A DNA stretch of 64,000 bases from Ophelia neglecta (lineage: Eukaryota). Location of the stretch: positions 24,738,001-24,802,000 of the forward strand of contig OZ260662.1 of the NCBI GenBank assembly GCA_965285935.1. The letters run 5' to 3'. Both the position numbers and the translations under genes were made by a program. The notes beneath the pieces were generated by a model. That model did no database searches. It saw only the letters and a list, made by a program, of their open reading frames with translations, and had not been told where the DNA came from. This document shows, in pieces, positions 50,001 through 61,810 of the stretch. The stretch's first letter is position 1. Each line of letters starts with the position of its first letter.

Positions 50001-53000
50001 GTGTAAAAAGAAATAATAGTCAAACTTACGACTACTGATGACTATATTGTTATTTATTTTAATGTAGTTAACCGATATTTTTTTTCTTCGGACTACCCAC
50101 TTTTATATGAGTTCTTACAAAGCAAACATGGCAAAAATGCTAAGTCAAGACTCAGTTTCCTTTTAAAAACGGTACGTCTTACATACATTGCGTGCTTAAA
50201 TAAGCGCAAGATTGGGTCGGAATATACCTCATATTACTGTATGCAAGAATAAATCTGTCAAATACTCATCGAGAAAGCGTGTCTTGTGTATTTATTATAT
50301 CGATGCCTTCAAATCGATCAAGGCTGCCTAGATCGTCCAATTGTCTCCATGAACTATTGAAACGAACAGTTTTAGAATGAATGTCCTGGAAATTCTTGGT
50401 AAATGTCACGTAGGAACATGTGAACAGATATTACATCTTAAAAGTGTGACGAATTTAAGGTCATGAAATTCTGTTTGAAGAAAATCGAGGCAGATAGAGT
50501 TTAGTTGTACAATCCAGTAAATTAAACCAGAAGAAAGTGTCGAAGGTGGTGATTGCGTCAACCAGAGGCGTGACTTCGTAGTTGAAACATGACTTTATGA
50601 CGTTCGGACGCACAAGATACCGGGATGTGTGATAACCATCGGGAAAAGTTCTGAAATGATTTGAAATTTTCCAACTTTAACTTACTTATTGATGGCTCCA
50701 GAAGGAGCTAGTGGGCGGTCATTCTCACAGTTGTCTGCAAGGCTTTATCTTCTATTCGTTCCCGATGTGTGTAACCAGAATAGAATATACATCTACATCA
50801 CACACACAACTAGATGATAACATCTCTACCTTATATAGCATTGAGATGAAAATCCGTCTCATAACGCACACTTCCGTTGCCTTAATGTGTCCTTGGTGAA
50901 GCAGCTTCGTTTTCGTTATGAATGGCATGCTACATCGAGTGGAACTATCTGTTTTATGGGCTCAAATTTTTCACGCATCTTGGTTTTATAAAAAAAATAT
51001 ACACCTTTCAGACGATTTGTCCTTGAAGAGGAAAGCCTTTTAGAAAGAAAAAGCGAATTATGCCATGTTTTTGAGAAAACGTCTTAAAAGATGTAATCAA
51101 TACAATGTTGCGAGGATAATTTCTGGAGTATTTAAACCATTCAAAGTTTAATTCCATATCTTGCTTAACTGTTTCAACAAGTGGTGCGAACAAGACGCTT
51201 TTCTCTTTTCCATGTTTTAGTTTATCTATTTCAATCACAAATACAGTTTTGATCTCTTGGTGCCGTTTGCTGTGGTAACGAGCTCTGCCCTTTACTCTTC
51301 CATCCCGATGCCGTGACTGCTGTTAATGGTCGAGGAATTAACGTCACGATTCAGCTTTTATCGACTGATTCATATATTTGCCGTGGCAAAGATAAGCCAT
51401 TTTGATACCAAAGCCAGTAAAACGGCAAATGTGACAAGAACGAAGTGACCAATATAGACTGTAGTGGTCCATATTATTCTGGCTTCGCTGGACTCGGAAT
51501 CATCCCATGTACAATTAATAATGAATGAATTGTGACATGATGATACAATCATGAAAATAGTCAGACGCAGCACAGTATAAAGAACCAAATAAAATAAAGT
51601 ATAATAATGGCAAGCAGTGCTTTAATTACTACCTTAGTATGCACATATTAAATAAAGTGAAAAAGCGAAATCGCTTCTATATAGGCCTGGCCTCCAAGTG
51701 ATTCATGTGTAATGTCAGTAGCTATATAGTGCTTGAATATTCTGGTTGTAGAAAATTGGAAGTAAATAAGATTACCACCGGCTGTGAAATATTATTTAAA
51801 AATATTCCGAATATAAACATTACATGTCATTTCACAGGCGATGTCACAGGATAATGGTGTCAACGCGGCCATTAAGCTTTCAAATGGAATTGACCTAGCA
51901 AATAGGTAAAAATAACTATATTTTTGTCGTTATTCCTGCAAGAGATGCCATTCGCACATTTGCCCTCCCGTCGAAGGTGATAGACAATTTTTATCATCCG
52001 CCATCCGACTGTTTTGCAAAGCTGCTTGTGGCAAGCACACAGGTCGAAGACGTTCAATGTACTTAAACAATGCATCAATGTTAACAGATTGAACTACGGG
52101 GTTGAGGTAAATATCACGTCGAATTAAGAGTTATTCAAATAGATTGGTTCATTATTCCGAAATTATTGGAGTTGACCAAAAAGACCGGTCAATACAGTCT
52201 GTACATTATATTGTGCAAAGCACTTGAATAAAACACAATGAATAAACGTGCCAGATGGTTCGCACGTTTATCGTTGTGTCTTTGGTATGTGAAAAACATG
52301 TCAATTATTACTTATACTACTGTAGTTTTGTGGATTTGTGAGCACATTCAATACCCTAATATAACCCAAATCAACTCACGGACTATTCATTTGATGTTGC
52401 CCCTTCCTCGGAAGCAAATATGGTGTAGTCTTTGGTCGCAACGCTATCAAAATAAAATATATTACATTAAGAATTAACTCTTTTTTGACTTAGTAGTTTT
52501 CTACCATAGTTCGATCCATACAAACAGCCTATAATCTACAAAATGGGCAGTGGAATTGCAACGCACTCCGACACTCTTGCCCTTGTCACAAGCTTTTACC
52601 TGGAACGGTAAAATAGGGACAATGCTACTGTGTAGTGAATATCTTTGATTCGTGAGCATAGCCATATAATCCATAGCCCCTCATCTCTATAATATTGTAG
52701 ACAAGAGCGTACATTAATGGAGTAGGGAAATCAATAAGTGCCATAACCCATTTTTTACACTTTGATAATTCATTTTGCTCTTCAATCTTAATGTATCTAT
52801 TTCAATTTAACAAATTTTAACAAAAGAAAAACCTTATTGTTTAAAACAGTCATTTGGAAACAAGCATTTTTTAAGTCTCGAGCTGTGGAAAATATTTTTC
52901 ACAAACATCTTCTGTATTTAACATTATTACATGGGCTTTTTTCAAATTCACGGATATATATTCCACCAATTTATCCAAATGTAACACTTCCCTTGAGGAC

Positions 53001-54097
53001 TTGTGGAAGTCATTATAGGATTTCATCAGGCTCGACAAGAGTCAAAATATAACAGATGACTCTCCTGCAGACTGCTCAAGGTTCCAATTGCTATTGTTTT
53101 AACATTTATGAAGTTAAAGACTGCAATGCCATTGAGTGTTTCCGTTTTTAACCTAGGGTTATGGTTAGATGCATCTGTTACGTATTAGAATAACATCGTA
53201 CGTTGCAGATGCACGTGTTCAGTCACCATAAAAGCGTTACTGGTTCACGTTGCACAAGCATCATTGTAAAATACAACTTTGGAGATTTTACAGTCTTTCA
53301 TCGTAAGAATTCGGGGATCATTTACACCCTTCTTTGGTCTTTAACTGGGTTAACTGGGACAATTTCATATATAATCCCTGACTATAATAAGAGAGCTTAC
53401 ACCATCATAGTCTCTTTTTGGGCTTAATTTAAATTTGTCCTACTTTGAACAAGTTTTTTTGTTGTTGTTTGTATTGTATTTCGTCTCGAATCATATAAAA
53501 CTTCTGACTACTGCTTATTGCATGAGGAACGTTTTGGAACGTTTTTACATGTTCATTTACTGTTTATGTGGGTTGTGCTAGGCTCCTGATTATTTCGGAT
53601 CGACTTAATGGTAACGTTTTAATTTTTTATTAGCAATTTAAAGGCCTGTGTTATCTCTATGTTCGACCTTTTAGCTGAATATTGCAGTAAAGCTGAAAGA
53701 TAAGTCATGTACAAGAACTTATATCAAAAACTGCAGAATATTATATATAATGGATAGGTCTTGCAATACCCCCAACTGGACATTTCCCTCTTTGGCTTCT
53801 AACAACAATATTTGGTCTTTTAAATAACTTTCATATTTAGTCTCTACAATATGAGAGAGTTTATACTATCTTTCAATCCACTGCGCTATATATTTCATCT
53901 CTGTCCTACGTCAACCTCTAACTCGCACTGCGGAAACTGTTAAGAACTTCAAAGTACTCGCAAGTGATATTAGTGGGGGTAAAAAGTAAAACGTTTTTTT
54001 TATAGGGATGCACTCATAATTTACCCCTTTTTAGTCGTTAATTTATCTCTATATTTGTTTGAATGAGCCAATTGCTCTCTTGCCAGTCTAGCCTCGT

Positions 54098-54330
54098 TTT
54101 CAGGGGCACGACATATTATTTCGACGGAATGAAATAATATTTTAAGGGTACGAAAAGACATTACGAGGGCACGAAATTAAATTTCGGGGGACGAAATAAT
54201 ATTTCGACGGAACGAAACAATTTTTCGAGGGAACGAAATTATATTTCGAGGGAAGGAAATGATATTTCGAGCGAGGAAATAGTATATCTAGTCTCACTTT
54301 TTTCCGACTATGCTCCTTAAGGGACTCCTT
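54098..54330. repeat. Minisatellite of about nine 20-21-bp self-complementary units, probably the subterminal array of a non-autonomous DNA transposon
   Basis: Consensus TTTCGAGGGAACGAAATAATA (TTTCG...CGAAA stem) from 54098 to about 54284, followed by CTCCTTAAGGGACTCC. Confidence 0.8.
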
Positions 54331-57300
54331 AGAGGAAAGAGATGGGATTTGGCTATATACCTTTGTCAGGTAAGATCAGAAAGGATTTGCGCTGGTGCCA
54401 AGAGCGGTCCTCAGGTGCATGGCGGACATCATCGACTCAGCTGCAACTTAACGTCTCGTACCTAGGGCATTGTCACTTGATATTGGCAAACCTAGAGTGT
54501 TACCGTTCCTGTCTTGTCCACGGAGTCACGCCCATCTTTAGTTCTGTCACACGTGTTATCAATTGTGAGTGATGCCCGCTGCACCGAAGTCCACGTGTCA
54601 TTATTTGCTGCGATGCAAGCATTTTCGATGGGGGTCGCATCCGGTTTTCGTTGGTCGGCAGCTGACTCTGGCTGGTGTATTTAGTCCGGTTATAATGGAT
54701 AATTCAAAATTAATGTTTGTGTATTATATCAAACGTATAATCGAATCAAAGATAAACAGTAGCAGTAGCTTGTTTGCAATAAGAGCAAATTGCAAAGAGG
54801 AAAGCTACTGCCGACATTCTCAGTTTCATTCCAATTGATTGTTAATCGTGATCGATTGCTCTCTAGCTTATCTCATTACCGACGTATCGCGAACTTCCTC
54901 TTCGTTTCAGAAAGTCAATTGATGTGAACGACAACTTATACTGTCTCTGTTGGGCCAAGTCATTTCTGTTTCTGAGTAAACGCTTCTATTATTTGCCATA
55001 ATAGTCTGATCACAGCATCTAGTAGAATATCACAGCGTCTGGTAGATTATCAGTGTCTAGTAGATTATTTACAATGCGAATGTATGCGAAATGAATCTCC
55101 TTGGGATTCCCAGTCTCCAATCAAATGACTTCACGTGGATGGACCATCAAGTAACTGCTGTGGCTCCGTACTAGGTGAGAAAAGTTACCATACCAATGGG
55201 CTAATGGCAAAGCTGATGGCAATATCATTTTCAGTACAACATGATAGTGCTTTGTGGATCTAACCACAACACGTATTTCTGTAAAGCTAACTTGGTTTTC
55301 TTAGGACTTGTTTTTTTAAGTAATGCTTCACCTGACCACATTTCGATTCTAGAATAATTAAGTTATTTGCCACTGGTTTAGTCTACCGGGTGCAAAAAGT
55401 GGCGCGAGAAATTGCGAAAATGTGAGACTGAATAAAAGTTTATTGGGTTTTTGACTTCAATACACTTTAAAATGTGTGGCATTTGGCCCCCTTTTTCTGC
55501 AGAAGCTAAAGGTCCAAAAAGTAAACCTCAGTGCATTCTATTAGTTTTGAGTAAAATGGTTAAATATGTATAACTTTTCTATGGTATAATTATAATCCTT
55601 CTCTCCCAAATGATGAGGATAACCGTTTTAAGTTTTGTGACACATACGTTAGTACATATAGCCGTCTGGAAGAATAAAGCATATAAATTTGCATGAACAT
55701 AGTCCTGATGGATAACGTTAAACAGAGTGTAATATTTTGATATAATAGGTATTATTTGTCGGTTTGTGCTCATGGCAAGTGTCGGATGGTGCACGCTGTA
55801 GGTGCTACTTGCCGGATAGTTAATAGGGGAGTTATAACTAAGAGATTGTTCAAAACTGCTATACTGAATAAAAAGGAGTCACTAGTTGAAACCAATGAAC
55901 GCGGGGCAATTTACCAGATATTGATCGGGCACAAGAATCTTATTTCAGACAAATATACTCATAAAAATCATGAAGTTTAACCTTGACAGCGAAGATGTGA
56001 AACGAATGCATGACATAATAACGCTGCATGAATTAGTTGCCCGTGTGGAGGCGACGCGTCACGTAACTATTCAATTATTTAAGTTCCCCAAATGCAGAGG
56101 AGACGAAAAATGTAATAGCAAAAACATTCTTAACAGCGTGGAGCAGTCCTTTCACAAACGTAACTGTAATCGATTTCTCTATATGAGCCCTCTGGTAGGA
56201 AAAACAATGGCTATAAAGTAACTAGATGGGTTAATGGACCTTCTCGGCACTTCGCAAGCGTAAAGGAACTTGATTTATTATCTGTGCGTATGTTTTTGTC
56301 TTCTGTGATAGAATCAACATTCCACCCATGCATGAAACAGCAGCCGCGTTCGCGCTTTTAAAGACATCGCATCCCTTCAAGGAGAAAATGATAAGGGATG
56401 ATTGACATGTTTTACAAAAAATATGCACATTAAATGCAGTTCAAAGCTTATAAGTTGCTAAACAACACTACATATAAAGTAAGTGTGCTGCCTGAATATT
56501 TCAATTGTTTTATTATTGAGTGACATCTAAGAACTTTTTATAATCCTCCAATTGATCCAACTCGCGAGGCTCTTGCATCCGAGGCAAATTCCAGAGAAAG
56601 TAAATACGAGAAATTAGTTTTTTATATGACAGTAATATACATAACATCTTTACGTGTGCTAGAATATCAATCACACGTTCCAATCAGAAGCAAACAGAAA
56701 GGTTTTCTCTGCTAAATAAAATACACGTTTCGTACATCACAACGACATTACAACGTAAAACTGAAAGATTGCATCCGATAGATGGCATCTGATAAATTAT
56801 AGCTATCTTACTATGGTAGCTTCTTTTTGGAAATGGCCTACTAATTCAAAATTATATTTGATATTCAACCAGGGAAGTTTGCTCACTTTGTTCTAGCTCA
56901 CGTTGTATTCAATTCTTGACACGGCACAGGAAGCTGTGCCTTACTGTTCTCTGAAACAGTGGCTTGCAGATTAGTCATGACAGGTTATTAGATGCCATTA
57001 TGCCTGTGGCTTCGACGGTCATGACACTGTGGATCGGCACAGAATAACATGAAATTCACAGCAGTTAGAATCGATGAGCAAGCAATAAAAAATAATGAAT
57101 AAACCCCTATTGACATTTCCATGTATTGTCTTGATAAACAGGTCTGTAGATACTGATTCCTCCTGAGTGGGGACCGATTTAAGGTACAATTATTGATTAA
57201 GTGATTCAAGATTTTGCTTTGCCGACCGGATATCCACACCCATGTTAATTTGTCATATAGCCAATCAGAAGCATTCTTTCTTGATACAACATGCTGTTTA

Positions 57301-60300
57301 GGTTAATGAAACGCTACTTTGCCTTTAAATGGAAGTGTTAAATTTTGCAGTCTATTTGATTGTCCGTTGGCAAAACTCAACAAATTGGTACTCCTAATAA
57401 AGCAGTTTACAGGAACTAGTGGTGTTTGAGGATATACATTTTTCTACCTTTTTAAAGCTTGGTGAATCCAATGAGATCTGGATATGGTCGAATATGATAA
57501 ATTATGTCGACAATGTTTATTCTTCAAATATGCGGAAAAAAGAGGTTTTGCTTTCTTTAAAGATATAATTATTTAATAGAATTAAACTATGTAAGTTTAT
57601 GACATCACTTCTATTGATATTTCTTACGTGACTCACTATATGCCATGTGATAATGTCACGGGCAAGGTGAACACAACGACACTTCTTCGTTAAGACAGTG
57701 GCTGGCAGGATGGGGAATGGGTTGGAGAGAAACCGGTGTTTGTAGAAAAGTCTGATTGGAAGATTAGAGGGTGGAAAGAAAACAGGGATGGGCATTTTAC
57801 TCCGAATGATGGATTCATATTGAATGGTATTAAAAGCACGATTCGATGCCCAAGACAGTGACCTCTAAAATATGTACTTATGTTCAGGTATTTACCTTCA
57901 TCTTAAATGACAAAATAAAGGTCATCGAAATAAATTTTGGGATATTGAATGAAATATATCAAAAGAATATGCAGTTTCATGTTGAATAGAATGCACCCCC
58001 CCCCCCTCTTCACTTTGGTTTTGTTTATATCTGTTTTTGTGGCTCCATAATGTGTATATAAATCGAACTAGCAAATCTTTATTTGTCTAACGTAAGAGGA
58101 GCATGTGATAAAAGAATCTATTCGCTTTTACTCCGCTATACCCGAAAAACTTTATCAGTATGTACTTCGTTCCCAAACATGCGAGCTATTATTGAGCCAA
58201 ATGAACAATGGGCTGTTTTATTCCTGACATGCTTCAAGAGGATGATCCGCCGATAGAACCTCGAATATGATCATTGCGATAATGCCTTCCACAAACCAAG
58301 CATAGCAAGATGTCAAGTTGGTTAAGGATTGGAGCACTTACACATAAGATAGCTACTTTTTTCCAGTCTGAAGTGTCAGGCATAGATAATCACTTCGAAA
58401 CTCGATTACAGCCGAGCCGTCTTGAGTTGTAAATGACAAGAAACTCAGTAGACCTCGCAAATTGCAAATGACTCCATGAATCCCTACAGCCAGGGACTCC
58501 TTAAATGGTGCAAATCGTGGAAACCATTATATGAATTGGCTTCGTCTTATTCTCAATAACTGGCCCGGATGATTTGTAATGATCGATAAATGTTGTCATG
58601 AATGTTCCAACTCGGTACGAACACTCCGTGTCAAGTAGTATGGCACTACGTTTGTATTTGTCGAAAGCGTCATCAGTTTTCCCTGTTTGTCTTAGGCACT
58701 TCAAGTGCCAGATAAACGTGTAAGAGATCCGATGCGTTGTCTAGGTTGCGACTCTTGCGAAACGACAGACTGGCTACATCCCCTGTTTGTTCCCTTCAAT
58801 TGTACAAATGAGTGGTGATTGCATTTGCGACTATAACATGAATGACGCATATTTCTATTTTTCGGTAATGAAAATGTCGGGTATTGAACATAGTGTTGCA
58901 ATAAAACTGTGTAAGAAACAGGAGTGGTTGGTTGGCCGAAAACGTGCAATCGTTTATTGAGAATAAATGAATTTAATCAGTCAAAAGTTAGAAAATTAAG
59001 GAAATGAAATTCAAAAGCTGCATTGGTACATTCGAAGTCATGTTTTTAGTTCCGTTAGATACGTAAAATATTCTGAAACGAAACTTGTTATAATCGGTTA
59101 ATGGCCAGTCTTCTAGTGTACTCACTCAGATAAAATCGGATAAATTTACATAATCAACACCTTCAAGTGCTGCATAATACGTAGGTATTCAGTATTCGCA
59201 TCCTATTGCATGCTTGATAAGTGCATGCATTTTCTGATGCAATGGTAAATGTAGAACGCCTGGTACGAAAATGGGGTGTGTTAAGTATAAAACGTTAATT
59301 TGATAAAGCCATATAATGTATTTCATTGATTCGGTAAATGACACAAAGACACGAACGATGCAGAACGCATTACTAAATTTGTTCGTGCCAAATGTCTTCG
59401 AAATATTCTTGGTTCTGTTTTTGGCACAATATATAACGCAAACGCATTAACGTAGAAACTAAACACCCACAATCCCCCCAGACCACACACAATAATCACG
59501 TGACTTGAGATCAAGGGCATAAAATACATTAGGCTAGTAACGATGAGCTTTTATCAATTCGATGTACATGATCCTGCAATGCAAACGCGAACACTAACAG
59601 CCTTTACAGCGTAGATAACTGATCCAACGTTTAAACACTCGGCAACAGTAACTAGGCCAGCGAAAACTTCCACGACACGATAAGCTTTTTCGACCTGCCT
59701 GGGAAATTTGGAATCCAATTGATTACAAGGAACACGGTTTATACCATTATTCCGTTTCCTTTAAGAGGCACTACAAAATAGCACATATGTCGTCTATTTT
59801 TGTATTTTCATGAACTAAACTTCACATTTAAGGATGGCCTTAGCCTGAATACAAAATATATTTTAAGGAGTAGAATCTCAATATGATTTTCTGCCCTGTT
59901 ATTTTCCTTTATCATCAATTAATAACTTCGTTCTTTTTCTATGTTAACAACAAAAAGCTTGGCATAATTGTTGAACCTTGTATGCATATATGTTCCCAAA
60001 ATAATTTGATCATAAATTAATATCTGGGAACTGGGGATTCGTGTTTATAGGCCTGCAGATGACAGTTCCTGATAATTTCGGACCTATTTAATTAGCTATT
60101 CTTGATTGATGATTCCGCTTCTGTTTTTTCGCAAGCCCTAAAAATCTTGATAGAAAATGAACCACCCCTTCCTACAATTACAAACTATATAATGTCATTG
60201 ACTGGATGATCTTTTGTTGTTACAAACATGTCTGGTGAATAAATGGGATATCCTTGGAAGTAAATGACATTTAAATGCATTTCAAAGTTGCATTTTGTGC

Positions 60301-61600
60301 AAGTCATAAGTTATGATCTTTCAGATAATAGATGAGCAATAATGATTGGCAAAAAACTGCTTGAAAAGTTAATAGTCTAACAGAAAGGACGGCTTGCAAT
60401 GGAATGATTCGTTCTGAATGTGAATGAAGACGCGATAAATCACCGTCAACTGTCACTTTTAACACTTCTGTCACTTCATATTTAAATATATATATACAGA
60501 ATACTCGAAATGAAATGGTTGCAAAATGGGTTCATCGGTTACTTCATTTAATGTCGGTGATAGTTAAAGATCTCTTTTTAGCTTTCCGAATATTACGGAA
60601 GATCATGCCGAATGGTACACATGGTCAATTTCTGCGTTAATTAAAATGTCTGTCTTTCTCTGGCACTCTAGCCTTTTTGCCTTTTATAACCATGTTAATG
60701 AAGTTTATAATTTGATATTGTCCATGCTGTCCACCTGCACAGGCGAATTTAGTTAAACACACTGCGGATACGAAAGTTGTATAATTGGTTGTCGGACGAT
60801 AAACGTCCTGTCTTCTCTTGCACTGTTTGTAAACTGCAAATCCAGGGTTATGATCGCAGGTGAAGAAGGTATTTGTAGGCCAGCAGCTTCGAATTTTTGA
60901 TGAATTCGGACAGTTGTCGTATTATGGCAAGCACCCATTCAAGTTTTATACGCAGCCAATGTCCAGTGGTTAAGAGTATTTAATATTGTTTATCTTTAGG
61001 CATAGGGCCATCTTCACCAGCATTATGCTAATAAATATTATTTATATCGTGTATTGCATGATACACCTGGTTCACGTCACAACATAAGCGAGACTGTTTT
61101 ACCAATTTAGATAGGTCCCCTTAATATTAAACTTTTGATCTAATACACAGCATATATGTTCTTTATACTCAGTCCTGTTGTATGTTTAATCGTGTGTTGC
61201 CGCCTAGTTAATCATAGAATTTTTAATGAATACATCATCTTCCTCATACGGTGACCACGGGTATACTTGTCTTTTCAGTTTAACCCTCAACACAGAGAAT
61301 TGGTACCTGCTGATTATCGGTACCGATATCTAAAATATGCTAATGGTTCCCATGTTAATTGTAAAAAAAATACATGTTGTGAACACGAAATCCCCCCCCC
61401 CCAACCGGCACATATTCAACCTATAGCCTTATGAACAGTATATGAGAATCGAGAGTCTTCGAAGCTTGAAGAACAAGTGTGTTACAATGCCTCTTGCTCT
61501 GCTCACACATGACTCTTGCTCTGCTCACACATCCGAATACAAGTTTGTTGGCTTAATATTTCGCATTATTTCTAGAAAAAGTATAGAAAACGGTAGAAGA

Positions 61601-61810
61601 TACCCTGCAGACGAAAGCAAATCATTCATCTATTCATCGCTCCGAAATCATCAGGAGCCAGCAGCCACATGCCCTACCGCATATTGATAAATCAATCTCC
61701 ATCTCCCAAACAATAAATTATCTTTTAATGAAAAATAAGTGTAAACATACACTTGATATCACTTGTAATGAGAAGTAATCACTACTATTCCATCATGCGG
61801 GCCAGAAAAT
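61601..61810 (+). mobile_element. Copy of dispersed repeat family A
   Basis: TACCCTGCAGACGAAAGCAAATC...GAAATCATCAGGAGCCAGCAGCCACATGCCC...ATATCACTTGTAATGAGAAG matches the 46763 copy. Confidence 0.75.

Noticed and set aside
54098-54284. CRISPR-like appearance of palindromic repeats
   Set aside because: Units are contiguous with no unique spacers, there are no cas genes, and the context is eukaryotic.
7032-58949. Sushi-like words on the minus strand (ESIFFACP in ORF 7032-7238, CSNGSIW in 13553-13768, PSCRAV in 36151-36642, KCNHHSFVQLKG in 58701-58949)
   Set aside because: They are isolated and not in module order, so I treated them as chance background. They are the reason the plus-strand call is given only moderate confidence.
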